From contig JBDHVY010000001.1 in assembly GCA_039809905.1 (NCBI GenBank), forward strand, positions 540,001 through 572,000: a stretch of 32,000 bases of DNA. Direction: 5' to 3'. The notes beneath the pieces are model-generated. The model searched no databases. It was not told where the DNA came from and worked only from the letters and a program-made list of their open reading frames with translations. Positions within the stretch are counted from its first letter, which is position 1. Each line of letters begins with the position of its first letter. This DNA comes from Candidatus Babelota bacterium (lineage in GTDB: Bacteria > Babelota > Babeliae > Babelales > Vermiphilaceae). Shown here in pieces: positions 8,356 through 18,248 of the stretch. The position numbers were made by a program, and so were the translations under genes.

Positions 8356-9975
8356 TTAAAACGATACTCCCATTTTTGCCCAAATCACCCATCTGCGTGG
8401 AACAGCATCATTATTTTTTGAGAAGGTAAATGAACCACCTACATTACCAAATAATGGATATTCTCTTTCATAAAGATGGAATCCTAATGTACCATACAAC
8501 GTGTTGCTTAATATTGCAGGTGTTGCAGCGGTATTAAGATCAAGATCTGTTACTTGAACAAGAGCTGTTTCATATCGTGCTGATGAAATCGGAATTAAAA
8601 GTACACCTGGTGCCGGAGGAGTGGTAGCTGGTAAATCAATACTGCTTACAACTTGCTCATAGTATGGATTACCATTGATCGTACGAATTGGGTTTGTTTG
8701 GCCCGCACCTAAGAAATGTTTTAATGCTACAACTGGTTTCCATTGACATTCAAGCTCAACTTTTTCAGCCCGTTTTGCAAGGAAGTTATACCCAACTTCT
8801 GCCTGAAACCTTCTGCATGTAAATACAAATGCCGTATTGATATCATGCGTCAAACCAGGAGTTACTTTTACTTCTTGCGTAAATACATTTATACCAGGCG
8901 TTGACATGTTGGCACGATGAGGATCAGTTGCTGGCAATGCAAATGCTTCTGCTGCTTCTTCTTGGCTTGCGTAAACGGGTAAGTAACGGCTCCATGGTCT
9001 ATTTTTTAAATCAAAAGAACGCACTTGATCTTTTTTAAATAAAATTTCAGTATGATTAGCTAATTCATATCGGATGTTTTTATCACCATCGTCACTATTC
9101 CAAATCTCTAGACCTAAACAGCTACCAAACATAATACCAAAGTATTTACCTCGTCCTACAATTGGCTCAAAAACATATTCGCCTTCATTTCTGTTACCCG
9201 TTGGAATAACAAGACCTAAATAGGATTCCATATGCGCTGGCTCATGCTGCAACCATTCATAGCCTACTTTAAATTCAATATCAGCCAATCCTGTTTTTTT
9301 CATAGATGAATTTGCACATATTTTACCATACTTCCAATCTGATTGCGCAAATGCTTCTGTCATATTAGCAACAACTACATCATTTGCTGCTTCATCCGCT
9401 CCGCCACCGTTGTTTACAATAAACTCACAAAAATTCATATCATTTTTAACATGCTGAATTGAAGTAGAAGCACTTAACCAGAAACCTCTTCCAATATTAT
9501 GGTTTTTCCAAAAACTATATCTTCCATGAAGACCTAAACCAATAATGCTTTGTTGTGGTGAAATAGTAATATTACTTTGAAAGTCTTTATTAATCGTAAA
9601 AATATTAAAATCTTGTGCTAAAAGATTTTGCTTACCAAATCCTGCTTGCCCTTCAACGGGTCCAACTTCAGCAACGCTGAGTTTTTCTTGGCCATCAAAG
9701 AAGAAATAACGTGCTAAATCATCTCCATTAGTTGTACGACTACCAAGAAGAACTGCTTGAAATACTCCTCCATGCCCATCCTCCGGAAGAAGATTACGAT
9801 CAGAGCGGCATCCTGAAACAAGCTCAGGCGTTTGTGATACAAAAAGTGGATGTATTGCCAATACTGATTTACCTGTTGCCTCTAACAAAGAACTATCAGT
9901 AACGTTGCAATTACCATACAGATGTGCTCCCATGAAACTTATAAGCAGTAGAGGCAATATATTGCGATGTTTCAT
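8356..9975 (-). CDS. Putative outer-membrane beta-barrel protein
   Basis: 539 aa; signal peptide MKHRNILPLLLISFMGAHLYG; alternating amphipathic strands; C-terminal residue Phe (WVIWAKMGVSF); strong SD (AAGGAG) upstream. Confidence 0.75.
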   Translation of the reverse strand: MKHRNILPLLLISFMGAHLYGNCNVTDSSLLEATGKSVLAIHPLFVSQTPELVSGCRSDRNLLPEDGHGGVFQAVLLGSRTTNGDDLARYFFFDGQEKLSVAEVGPVEGQAGFGKQNLLAQDFNIFTINKDFQSNITISPQQSIIGLGLHGRYSFWKNHNIGRGFWLSASTSIQHVKNDMNFCEFIVNNGGGADEAANDVVVANMTEAFAQSDWKYGKICANSSMKKTGLADIEFKVGYEWLQHEPAHMESYLGLVIPTGNRNEGEYVFEPIVGRGKYFGIMFGSCLGLEIWNSDDGDKNIRYELANHTEILFKKDQVRSFDLKNRPWSRYLPVYASQEEAAEAFALPATDPHRANMSTPGINVFTQEVKVTPGLTHDINTAFVFTCRRFQAEVGYNFLAKRAEKVELECQWKPVVALKHFLGAGQTNPIRTINGNPYYEQVVSSIDLPATTPPAPGVLLIPISSARYETALVQVTDLDLNTAATPAILSNTLYGTLGFHLYEREYPLFGNVGGSFTFSKNNDAVPRRWVIWAKMGVSF

Positions 9976-10058
9976 TCTTCTCCTTTTTTGTGTTTAATTC
10001 ACCTATTCGGTTTTTTACTCTTGTTGTATTGTGTAACATGGATGGAAGCGGTAAGTCA

Positions 10059-10193
10059 ATAGCAACGCTGTTGCTATGGGGTCCCCGGCGGTTTAAGCTG
10101 GGGGTAGAAGATTAATGCCAAATATAGTTGGGCACCCCACAAAAACAAAGTTTTTGTGCTGATGGCCGAATAAGATTGGGGATTATAATCTTA
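10059..10193. other. Candidate structured RNA or intergenic repeat with four hairpins
   Basis: Stems: ATAGCAAC/GTTGCTAT (10059-10077), CCCCGGC/GCTGGGG (10083-10103), CACAAAAAC/GTTTTTGTG (10138-10158), TAAGATT/AATCTTA (10171-10193). The first half is clearly more GC-rich than its surroundings and has no ORF. Confidence 0.35.
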
Positions 10194-10264
10194 TCTGTCC
10201 TTAAAATCAAAAATCGTTTACACTCTTAATAATAAAAATCCACTCTTAAATACAGGATTGCCTA

Positions 10265-11524
10265 ATGATTCCACGCGTCAAAGGAACACAAGATTTTATC
10301 GATTGCACCCTCTTCAACTTTATTATCGATTCAATCAAAAAACATCTCACTTTCTATCACTTCACAGAGATTCAAACACCTATATTAGAATCAGTTGATC
10401 TATTTGTACGATCATTGGGAACACATACTGATGTAGTATCAAAAGAAATGTTTTTGATAGAATCACGGCAAGAAAGCAGTGAAGGTAGAATTTGTTTACG
10501 TCCAGAAGGAACCGCACCAACTGTACGCGCATTTAATGAGCATCATATTCAAACTATACCGTGGAAAGTTTTTGCATGGGGTCCAATGTTTCGGTACGAA
10601 CGTCCCCAAAAAGGAAGATTCCGTCAATTTCATCAAGTTACCATGGAAATTATTGGTTCAGGATCTGTTGCAGAAGATGTGCAATTTATCACCATGCTTG
10701 ATCGTTTTTTTCACGAAAATTTAAAATTACATAACTATGCACTGGTGCTTAATTTCCTCGGTTGTTCAGATGATCGTGAAAAATTTCTTGTTACGTTAAA
10801 AAAATTTTTAGACAAACCTGGTATCGTTGAAAATATCTGTGCTCAGTGCAGAGAACGCAAAGAACACAATATCATGCGTATTTTCGATTGCAAAAATCCA
10901 CAGTGCCAAGAACTTTATAAAACAGCTCCGCACATTGCTGATAATTTGTGTGCGCAATGCTCACAAGAGTGGCAAGATTTACAAAATCAGTTATCGCTTT
11001 TATCTGTTTCTTATGCATACAAGCCAACATTAGTACGTGGTCTTGATTATTACAACAAAACAGTATTTGAATTTGTGAGCAAAGATCTTGGCGCTCAAGA
11101 TACTTTTTGCGGTGGAGGACGCTATAATCAATTAGTTAAAGAACTTGGAAATAAACAAGATCAACCTGCAATTGGAGCAGGTCTTGGTATAGAACGCCTT
11201 ATGCTTTTGCTTGAACCATTGCGTGATCAATTGCATATTGCGCATGCACCAGCACTTCACATGATTATTCCTATGAAATCTTCACAGCATACACTTGCAT
11301 TACTCCTTGCAGATGAATTACGAGCTCACAACATTTGTACCGATATTATTCTGGAAGGTTCTATGAAAAGTATGATGCGTAAAGCAAGCAGTTTTGGTGC
11401 AGCATATGCATTAATCTTAGGCGAAACAGAGCAACAAAATCGCACCGTTATGGTCAAAAATATGGTGACTGGAACTGAAGAATCTGTTGCTCAAGTTGAT
11501 CTGGTAAAATATTTAAAGAAATAA
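10265..11524 (+). CDS. hisS: Histidyl-tRNA synthetase
   Basis: Class II motifs: MIPRVKGTQDFI, CLRPEGTAPTVRAFNEH, FRYERPQKGRFRQFHQ, VRGLDYYNKTVFEF, GGGRYNQLVKELG. Confidence 0.96.
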   Translation: MIPRVKGTQDFIDCTLFNFIIDSIKKHLTFYHFTEIQTPILESVDLFVRSLGTHTDVVSKEMFLIESRQESSEGRICLRPEGTAPTVRAFNEHHIQTIPWKVFAWGPMFRYERPQKGRFRQFHQVTMEIIGSGSVAEDVQFITMLDRFFHENLKLHNYALVLNFLGCSDDREKFLVTLKKFLDKPGIVENICAQCRERKEHNIMRIFDCKNPQCQELYKTAPHIADNLCAQCSQEWQDLQNQLSLLSVSYAYKPTLVRGLDYYNKTVFEFVSKDLGAQDTFCGGGRYNQLVKELGNKQDQPAIGAGLGIERLMLLLEPLRDQLHIAHAPALHMIIPMKSSQHTLALLLADELRAHNICTDIILEGSMKSMMRKASSFGAAYALILGETEQQNRTVMVKNMVTGTEESVAQVDLVKYLKK

Positions 11525-11544
11525 CTAACATTTCAGAAAATCCT

Positions 11545-11778
11545 ATGCAATCACCAATCAATCACATTCAACCTGGCCAAATATGGCGCCATTATAAAAA
11601 TAAAGATTATCGTATAATCGCTGTTTCATGTTGTACCGAAACTTTACAACGGTATGTTGTGTATGAAGCGCTCTATAAAAATGAAGTGAGCACAATCTGG
11701 CATCGCCCATTAGACATGTTTTTAGAAACAGTGGAATTTGAAGGAATGCACGTGCCACGATTTAAACATATTGAATAA
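11545..11778 (+). CDS. DUF1653-like small protein
   Basis: IQPGQIWRHYKNKDYRIIAVSCCTETLQRYVVYEALYKNEVSTIWHRPLDMFLETVEFEG matches the family pattern (G.y.HYKg..Y.v...a.h.Et.e..VvYr.ly....wvRP..mF.e.ve). Confidence 0.85.
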   Translation: MQSPINHIQPGQIWRHYKNKDYRIIAVSCCTETLQRYVVYEALYKNEVSTIWHRPLDMFLETVEFEGMHVPRFKHIE

Positions 11779-11784
11779 CAAAAG

Positions 11785-11807
11785 AAGCTCCGCTAAAAAC
11801 GGAGCTT
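11785..11807. terminator. Intrinsic terminator between convergent genes
   Basis: AAGCTCCG ctaaaaa CGGAGCTT followed by TTTTT; A-rich on the other flank. Confidence 0.88.
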
Positions 11808-11821
11808 TTTTACTATCCAAA

Positions 11822-12295
11822 TCAATCAAAATCATCCAGATCAATCGATAATTTTGAAAATTCTTTTGATAAATAAACAAAAGAAGCTTGTCTGCGCATT
11901 TCAATTAAACATGGAAAAATTTCATCATTTTCTCGAGGATGAAAAAGAGGATAGAATGGTAAAATTTTTTCTCGCTCATGAGAACTATTACCTAAACGAA
12001 AATGATAATATATGCAATCATTCTCGCTCAATCGGCATCCAATTGTTTTTGTTTTGAAAAATTCTTTTTGTAGCATTATAGTTGGTTTTTTTAAAGCTAT
12101 TAAAAAAAAATTAATCTTATCACTGTTATTTTTATTATTTTTTCCACACAACTGTTTAATTAACCAATATTTAGCTATATCATTTCTATCAATTATCTTT
12201 ACCGTATACTCATTTAAACTTGAATCATGTCCACCAAAAATTATTACATTAGACCACAGTAACGCAAAAAATAGACAAAAATTATATCGTTTCAT
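11822..12295 (-). CDS. Exported hypothetical protein
   Basis: 157 aa; N-terminal MKRYNFCLFFALLWSNVIIFGG; located between a terminator and the divergent kinase gene. Confidence 0.65.
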   Translation of the reverse strand: MKRYNFCLFFALLWSNVIIFGGHDSSLNEYTVKIIDRNDIAKYWLIKQLCGKNNKNNSDKINFFLIALKKPTIMLQKEFFKTKTIGCRLSENDCIYYHFRLGNSSHEREKILPFYPLFHPRENDEIFPCLIEMRRQASFVYLSKEFSKLSIDLDDFD

Positions 12296-12371
12296 GATAA
12301 TCCTAGACTACTATTGAGTATCGAAAGATACTCCATAATATCACAACATTTCTATTGAAATAAGGAATTTA

Positions 12372-13469
12372 ATGAAAAAAATAATAACTATCGGCAGCGC
12401 CATGCAAGATGTTTTTACCGAATATGAAGGTGTTGAAACATTGCATTTGCATACCAAGGAAGAAGATTTATCATATGTGTGCATGCGCGCCGGCAGAAAA
12501 ATAGAAATAAAACAGCTCACCTATTATTGTGGTGGTGGAGCATGCAATAGTGCCGTATCCTTTGCTCGCTTTGGATTTGATGTTTCAATTTTTTGTAAAA
12601 TAGGTCATGATCAGGCAGGTAATTTTATAATACAATCACTCAGTACCGAAAACGTTGCAACTCATCATATTATCACCGCAGAAAATGCCCCAACAGGCAA
12701 TTCTTTTATCGTTCCTGGGCCGCAAGGTAATAGCGCAGTTTTAGTGTATCGTGGGGCAAATATAACAATGTCAGAAAAAGATATTCCAACATCTGCTATT
12801 ATGCAAGCGGACCAATTATATATCACCTCACTGAGCGGCCCTGCTGCGCCATTATTAATTCCTATTGCAAAGCTTGCAAAAGAACACAATAAACGCGTAG
12901 CAATAAATCCTGGAACGAGTCAATTACATGCAGGAGCTGAATATCTCAAAGAAGCATTAGAAAACATTGATATCTTAATTTTAAATAGTTATGAAGCTGA
13001 ATTATTAATGACTTCATTGGTAGTACAATTGCCACCGCTGGAAATTAAAGAATCACCAGATGCAATGTTGCCTGAATTACTTAAAAAACCTCTGGGATCA
13101 ACCACAACAATGTTTACCTTAGAACAATTTTTTACAACAGTGCATGGACATGGACCTCACATAATTGTAGTGACCAATGGAGCAGAAGGTGTTTATGCAT
13201 CAGATACGCATACCATTTATTTTCACCCAAGCATTAAAATAGATATTGTCAGCAGTATAGGTGCAGGCGATGCATTTGGTTCGTGTTTTGTTGCAGAATT
13301 AAATAATAATGCGTCAATTGATGATGCACTGCGTGCGGGAATCATTAATAGTGCATCAGTTATTCAACATCTTGGGACGCAAACAGGGTTGCTCACAGCT
13401 CAAGAGATTATTACAAAACGCGAAAAACTTGATAAAACTCTTCTTAAAAAGTATGACTTCAAAAAGTAG
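12372..13469 (+). CDS. PfkB-family (ribokinase/adenosine kinase-like) carbohydrate kinase
   Basis: GGGACNSAVSFARFGFDVSIFCKIGHDQAGNFI and the C-terminal signature DIVSSIGAGDAFGSCFVAEL. Confidence 0.93.
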   Translation: MKKIITIGSAMQDVFTEYEGVETLHLHTKEEDLSYVCMRAGRKIEIKQLTYYCGGGACNSAVSFARFGFDVSIFCKIGHDQAGNFIIQSLSTENVATHHIITAENAPTGNSFIVPGPQGNSAVLVYRGANITMSEKDIPTSAIMQADQLYITSLSGPAAPLLIPIAKLAKEHNKRVAINPGTSQLHAGAEYLKEALENIDILILNSYEAELLMTSLVVQLPPLEIKESPDAMLPELLKKPLGSTTTMFTLEQFFTTVHGHGPHIIVVTNGAEGVYASDTHTIYFHPSIKIDIVSSIGAGDAFGSCFVAELNNNASIDDALRAGIINSASVIQHLGTQTGLLTAQEIITKREKLDKTLLKKYDFKK

Positions 13470-13478
13470 TATTAACTC

Positions 13479-16202
13479 ATGGGAGAGAAAATGATAAAAG
13501 CATATCAAACAGATAGTGAAATTATTGCCCAAACACTCGCCGTTGATAGTGAACAAGGCTTATCGCACCAAGAGGTTGCACGCAGACAAAAAACTCACGG
13601 ATATAACACGTTAAAAACAGTAAAACAAAAAAATGTTTTTTCTATTTTCATAAGTCAGTTTCAAAATCCACTTGTATACATTCTTTTTTTTGCTGCACTC
13701 ATTATTTTTATCTTTGGAGAAGATAAACTAGATGCTTTTATTATCAGCGGCGTTCTTTTTTTTAACGCTATTCTTGGCACCGTACAAGAAACACGCACCA
13801 AAAATATTGTTGAAAGTCTTAAGCAGTATATCAAAGCAGAATCTGTCGTGCTGCGCAATGGCAAAAAAACAGTTGTTGAAGACAGAGAACTTGTTGTTGG
13901 CGATATTATTTTTTTGCAAGAAGGCCAACGCGTCCCTGCTGATGCACGCATCATTGTATCAAATAATATGCGTGTAGATGAAGCTGTATTGACAGGTGAA
14001 GCACATGCAACAGAAAAGATTGCTGATACATTACCGCGCGAACTACCTTTGGGCGATCAAAAAAACATGCTCTTTAAAGGTACCTATATTTTAACAGGAT
14101 CAGGCAAAGCAATTGTTACCGGAATTGGAACTGATACTGAAATTGGAAAAATACAGGTTATCACGGAAGAAATAGATACCGATATTCCCTTGCGCAAAGA
14201 ACTTGAACGTCTTTCGCATTGGATTTTAATTTTTATTTTAATTACGTGTCTCTTTTTGTTTGGTATCGGTATTTTTACCGGTAAACCAATCAAAGAATTG
14301 CTTGTGATGCTCACTGCTCTTTTTATTTGTGTTGTACCTGAAGGGCTTCCTGTTGTGCTTACTCTTATTCTTGTTGCTGGTGCATTGCAAATGGCAAAAC
14401 ATTTTGTGTTAGTACGAAATATGCAAGCCGTTGAAGCATTAGGACGTACCAATGTTATTGTTATTGATAAAACAGGAACATTAACACGAAACGAAATGAT
14501 TGTTTCTCGCGTATGTACTGCAGAAGGTATCTGCACTGTTACCGGACAAGGTTATGATATTCAGGGAACTTTATATAAAGATGATCTACCTATTCAAGAA
14601 TTTGCATCTGATAGTAATCTCGTAAAAATGGGAATTGCGGCATCATTATTGAATAATGCCGAAATCATTCATGTACCAAAACTTAATATTTTCAATATTA
14701 AGGGAGATCCAACTGAAGCAGCTTTAGCTATTTTTTCACAAAAAATGGGAACTATTATTCCCCAAGAAGTTGCACACTATACAAAATTATACGAAATTCC
14801 TTTTGATTCTGTTATGCGCTATCATGCAGGCTTTTATAAAAAAAATAATAAATGTATCGCCTTTATCATTGGATCACCAGAAGCAATTATAAAACGATCC
14901 GATTATGATAAAACCAACATAGATCTTCCATTAAACAATTTATTAGAAGAAGGTTTGCGCACGGTTGCTTTTGGCATGAAACAATTACCATTACATGCAT
15001 GCGATCATTTTACTACTATTGAAGAATATCGAGCAGTTCTTGATACAGATATTCAACTGTTAGGATTTGCGGGAATTGAAGATTCCATCAGAAAAGAAGT
15101 AAAAACTGTTATACAAGATGCACGTAATGCTGGTTTATCGATTATCATGGCAACAGGTGATCATCACGTAACCGCATTGAATGTAGCAAAAACAGTTGGT
15201 ATTTTTCGCTCTGGCGATGATACGATTGATGGTTCAGAAATAGACACTATTTCTGATGCCGATTTACTCAAACGCATTACTCATATAACGGTATTTTCTC
15301 GTGTATCGGCACAACATAAAATGCGTATTGTACAACTATTACAACGATCAGGAAAAATTGTTGCAATGACCGGAGATGGCATTAATGATGCACCTTCGTT
15401 GGTAACAGCAGATCTTGGCATAGCTATGGGAAGTTCCACAGAAGTTGCCAAACAAGCTTCTGATTTGGTGCTTCTCAATGATTCTTTTGTAACTATTATT
15501 GATGCAATCGAACAAGGACGTCACATTTTTTACACACTCAAACGAATTGTACTTTATTTTTTTTCTACCAACATGGGAGAAATTTTAATTGTGTTTTTTG
15601 CCCTACTTGCAAGTCTTATTACAAAAACAGATATGCCACTGCCCATAACTGCGGTACAAATTTTATGGCTCAATTTAGTCACTGATGGTTTTTTAGATGT
15701 TGGTCTTTCAATGGAGCCAAAAGAACCACATTTATTACATCAATCGTGGCTTGCAAAAAAACAACGATTAATTGATGGAACCTTATTGCTTAAAATGTTG
15801 TTTATGGCAATTCCTATGGGCATTGGTTCATTGTGTATCTTTCTGTGCTATTATCAAACAGATCTTGTGTACGCTCGCACCATGACGCTTATCACCATGG
15901 CAATGTATCAATGGTTTAATGCATGGAACTGTAGATCTGAAACACGTTCATTATATGACTTGGGATTATTTTCTAATCTTTGGCTTATTGCGGTAATGGC
16001 GCTCGTGCTTTTTCTGCAATCAGCAATTGTATACATTCCTTTTATGCGCCATATTTTTAAAACTGTTCCACTTTCTGCACAAGATTGGATTGTTATTGTT
16101 GCCATTACCGCACCAATTATTGTTATAGAAGAAATCAGAAAATATATTGTACGTAGTTTGACGCATACAACCAAAAATAGTAAAGTAGAGCAAAAGTCAT
16201 AA
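13479..16202 (+). CDS. P2A-type cation (probably Ca2+) transporting ATPase
   Basis: PEGLPVVLTLIL, DKTGTLTRNEM, MTGDGINDAPSL, NMGE and NLVTDG. The GGGAG motif suggests the true start is the ATG at 13491. Confidence 0.93.
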   Translation: MGEKMIKAYQTDSEIIAQTLAVDSEQGLSHQEVARRQKTHGYNTLKTVKQKNVFSIFISQFQNPLVYILFFAALIIFIFGEDKLDAFIISGVLFFNAILGTVQETRTKNIVESLKQYIKAESVVLRNGKKTVVEDRELVVGDIIFLQEGQRVPADARIIVSNNMRVDEAVLTGEAHATEKIADTLPRELPLGDQKNMLFKGTYILTGSGKAIVTGIGTDTEIGKIQVITEEIDTDIPLRKELERLSHWILIFILITCLFLFGIGIFTGKPIKELLVMLTALFICVVPEGLPVVLTLILVAGALQMAKHFVLVRNMQAVEALGRTNVIVIDKTGTLTRNEMIVSRVCTAEGICTVTGQGYDIQGTLYKDDLPIQEFASDSNLVKMGIAASLLNNAEIIHVPKLNIFNIKGDPTEAALAIFSQKMGTIIPQEVAHYTKLYEIPFDSVMRYHAGFYKKNNKCIAFIIGSPEAIIKRSDYDKTNIDLPLNNLLEEGLRTVAFGMKQLPLHACDHFTTIEEYRAVLDTDIQLLGFAGIEDSIRKEVKTVIQDARNAGLSIIMATGDHHVTALNVAKTVGIFRSGDDTIDGSEIDTISDADLLKRITHITVFSRVSAQHKMRIVQLLQRSGKIVAMTGDGINDAPSLVTADLGIAMGSSTEVAKQASDLVLLNDSFVTIIDAIEQGRHIFYTLKRIVLYFFSTNMGEILIVFFALLASLITKTDMPLPITAVQILWLNLVTDGFLDVGLSMEPKEPHLLHQSWLAKKQRLIDGTLLLKMLFMAIPMGIGSLCIFLCYYQTDLVYARTMTLITMAMYQWFNAWNCRSETRSLYDLGLFSNLWLIAVMALVLFLQSAIVYIPFMRHIFKTVPLSAQDWIVIVAITAPIIVIEEIRKYIVRSLTHTTKNSKVEQKS

Positions 16203-16227
16203 AGAAAAAATGTGAAAAGGAATTTTG

Positions 16228-16947
16228 ATGAACAATCGTATGATTACTGCAACAACTTTGTGTGTAACTTTAATAGCTACTTCTTTTACTCATGCAGAAG
16301 ATAAAGGAGCAACTGTTGTAAAAAAAGATACATCACTTGTAAAAACAGCACCTGTTACTGCAAAAAATCTTTCTGCTGCTGATGTTATGGGAGATAGAAA
16401 TATCACTATTGATGCAACGATTGCTTTTGTTGAATCATTCACTATCATGGGTGAATGCCAAGAAGGCCAACACGCTCGTCAAGAAATTGAACATAAACGT
16501 GATCTAGCAACGCAAGACATCCAAGAAGAATCAAAGAAATTTGAAAAAGCGAAAACAGACTACATGGCAAAAGCAACTATGATGTCTGATGCAGCACGTG
16601 AAAAAGAAGAAAAAAAATTGATGAAACTAGAACGTGAAATCAAAACACTTGTAGCTGAAAAAGAAGAAGAATTAAAGCTTGATATGCAAGCAGCAACTGA
16701 ATTATTAGCGCAAGGATTAGAGGCTGGTGTAGCAAAACTTGCTAAAAATGAAAACTTAGATGTTGTCTTTGACAAAATGACCGGCCGAGCAATTTATGTT
16801 TCAGAAAAATTTGATTACACCACTAAAGCAATTAAAGAAGTAGATAAAAACTACGAAATCAAACTTGCACAAAATAAACAAGCTGAAACTGCTTTGAAAG
16901 TTGCGGACAATAAAACTGCTCCAAAATCAGCTAAAGCTGGTGCATAA
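16228..16947 (+). CDS. OmpH/Skp-like periplasmic chaperone
   Basis: Signal peptide ending SFTHA; DATIAFVESFTIMGECQEG followed by a long charged coiled coil and 'LDVVFDKMTGRAIYVSEKFDYTTKAI'. The ATG at 16228 has an upstream AAAAGGA. Confidence 0.75.
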   Translation: MNNRMITATTLCVTLIATSFTHAEDKGATVVKKDTSLVKTAPVTAKNLSAADVMGDRNITIDATIAFVESFTIMGECQEGQHARQEIEHKRDLATQDIQEESKKFEKAKTDYMAKATMMSDAAREKEEKKLMKLEREIKTLVAEKEEELKLDMQAATELLAQGLEAGVAKLAKNENLDVVFDKMTGRAIYVSEKFDYTTKAIKEVDKNYEIKLAQNKQAETALKVADNKTAPKSAKAGA

Positions 16948-16974
16948 CAGACATATCATGATAATGTAAATTGA

Positions 16975-16997
16975 GCGGCTGGTTATTTTCCAGCCGC
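16975..16997 (+). terminator. Intrinsic terminator
   Basis: GCGGCTGG ttatttt CCAGCCGC followed by CTTTTTATT. Confidence 0.92.
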
Positions 16998-17020
16998 CTT
17001 TTTATTGATAAGGATTTTTT

Positions 17021-17692
17021 ATGAAAAAAATACTCTTAACTTTCACCTTCTTCACTTTTATTACCATTATTTCCAGTGATAATCCTTATACGATTAAACT
17101 TCTTACAAAAGAAGAGATCGAGCCACTTACCCCATTTATAGCACAACTGCGCTTCAACACATTTCAAAAATATCCCTATCTCTACGCTATGAATAAAAAA
17201 GATGAATTAAAAGAAGCCGAAAAATTTACCTCCTATTCTCCAGCTCTAGCTGTTGCGTATCATAATGATGTTCCTATTGGTTTTTTGCGAGGTATAGACT
17301 TTTCTTTATATGCACATGTTGAAGAATTTGAAAATGATATCATCCAAGAATTTAAAAAAGAAGGATTAGATCCAGAAAAATATTATTATTTTACCGACAT
17401 CATTATTATGCCAGAACATAGAGGCAACAAGTTAGCTCCTCAATTATTTGCAACTCTCGAAGCACATGGTCAAAAACTAGGCTATCAATCATTCTGTTTT
17501 CTTACAGAGCATCACCACAATCATCCACTAAAACCAAAAGATCATAAATCACTAGTACCATTGTGGCATAATCTTGGATACACTAAATCATCCATCATAG
17601 GATATGATACCTGTCCAACATATCAAGTTGATGGGACCATAAAACCCGAAAAACATCCATACGCTTTTTGGCTTAAGGATATAACAAAATAA
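17021..17692 (+). CDS. GNAT-family acetyltransferase with N-terminal signal peptide
   Basis: MKKILLTFTFFTFITIISS leader; GNAT core 'YYYFTDIIIMPEHRGNKLAPQLFATLEAHGQKLGYQSFCFLTE' (V/I-x-x-x-x-R/Q-G-x-G/K-x-A region). Confidence 0.82.
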   Translation: MKKILLTFTFFTFITIISSDNPYTIKLLTKEEIEPLTPFIAQLRFNTFQKYPYLYAMNKKDELKEAEKFTSYSPALAVAYHNDVPIGFLRGIDFSLYAHVEEFENDIIQEFKKEGLDPEKYYYFTDIIIMPEHRGNKLAPQLFATLEAHGQKLGYQSFCFLTEHHHNHPLKPKDHKSLVPLWHNLGYTKSSIIGYDTCPTYQVDGTIKPEKHPYAFWLKDITK

Positions 17693-17696
17693 AGAT

Positions 17697-18215
17697 ATGA
17701 AATATTCAATAAAAGCAATAATCGGCCTGGGCAATCCAGGCGCCAAATATCATCATAACAGACACAATATCGGTTTTCTTGTTCTTGATGCTCTGGCAGA
17801 AAAATATAATAGCGGATGGCAAAAAAAAACAGACCAAGAAGTAGCAGAATGTATCATTAATGGACAAAAAATAATACTCATCAAACCACAAACATTTATG
17901 AATAGTTCTGGTAAAATCATTCCTTCATTAGCAAAACAAGGAATAAAAGCAGAAAACATTTTGGTGGTTCATGATGAATTAGAAAAACCATTTGCAAGCC
18001 TTGCAATCAAAACAGGCGGAAGTCACCGTGGACATAATGGATTACGCTCAATTATAGAGGCTTGTGGAGCAGAATTTCATCGTTTACGTTTTGGTATTGG
18101 TCGTCCAGAAAATAAGGAAGATGTACCAGATTATGTATTAAGTAATTTTTCTAAGAATGAGATTATTCAACCAATTATTGATCAAGCTATTGAAATGATT
18201 GAAAAAGCAGTATAA
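17697..18215 (+). CDS. pth: Peptidyl-tRNA hydrolase
   Basis: IIGLGNPGAKYHHNRHNIGFLVLDALA; LIKPQTFMNSSGKI; VVHDELEKPF; GGSHRGHNGLRSI; RFGIGRP. Confidence 0.97.
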   Translation: MKYSIKAIIGLGNPGAKYHHNRHNIGFLVLDALAEKYNSGWQKKTDQEVAECIINGQKIILIKPQTFMNSSGKIIPSLAKQGIKAENILVVHDELEKPFASLAIKTGGSHRGHNGLRSIIEACGAEFHRLRFGIGRPENKEDVPDYVLSNFSKNEIIQPIIDQAIEMIEKAV

Positions 18216-18217
18216 AA

Positions 18218-18240
18218 AAAGGGTTCGGTGCGAACCCTTT
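18218..18240 (-). terminator. Intrinsic terminator (strong for the minus-strand gene)
   Basis: AAAGGGTTCG gtg CGAACCCTTT, with a run of A (U-tract on the minus strand) on the left flank. Confidence 0.88.
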
Positions 18241-18248
18241 ATAATAAC

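Noticed and set aside
10083-10103. Upstream hairpins as a T-box leader for hisS
   Set aside because: No T-box bulge sequence (UGGN/AGGGUGGNACCGCG) and no terminator/antiterminator next to the hisS start.
13661-14536. Multiple antisense ORFs in the P-type ATPase gene
   Set aside because: The sense ORF has full catalytic motifs; the antisense ones lack features.
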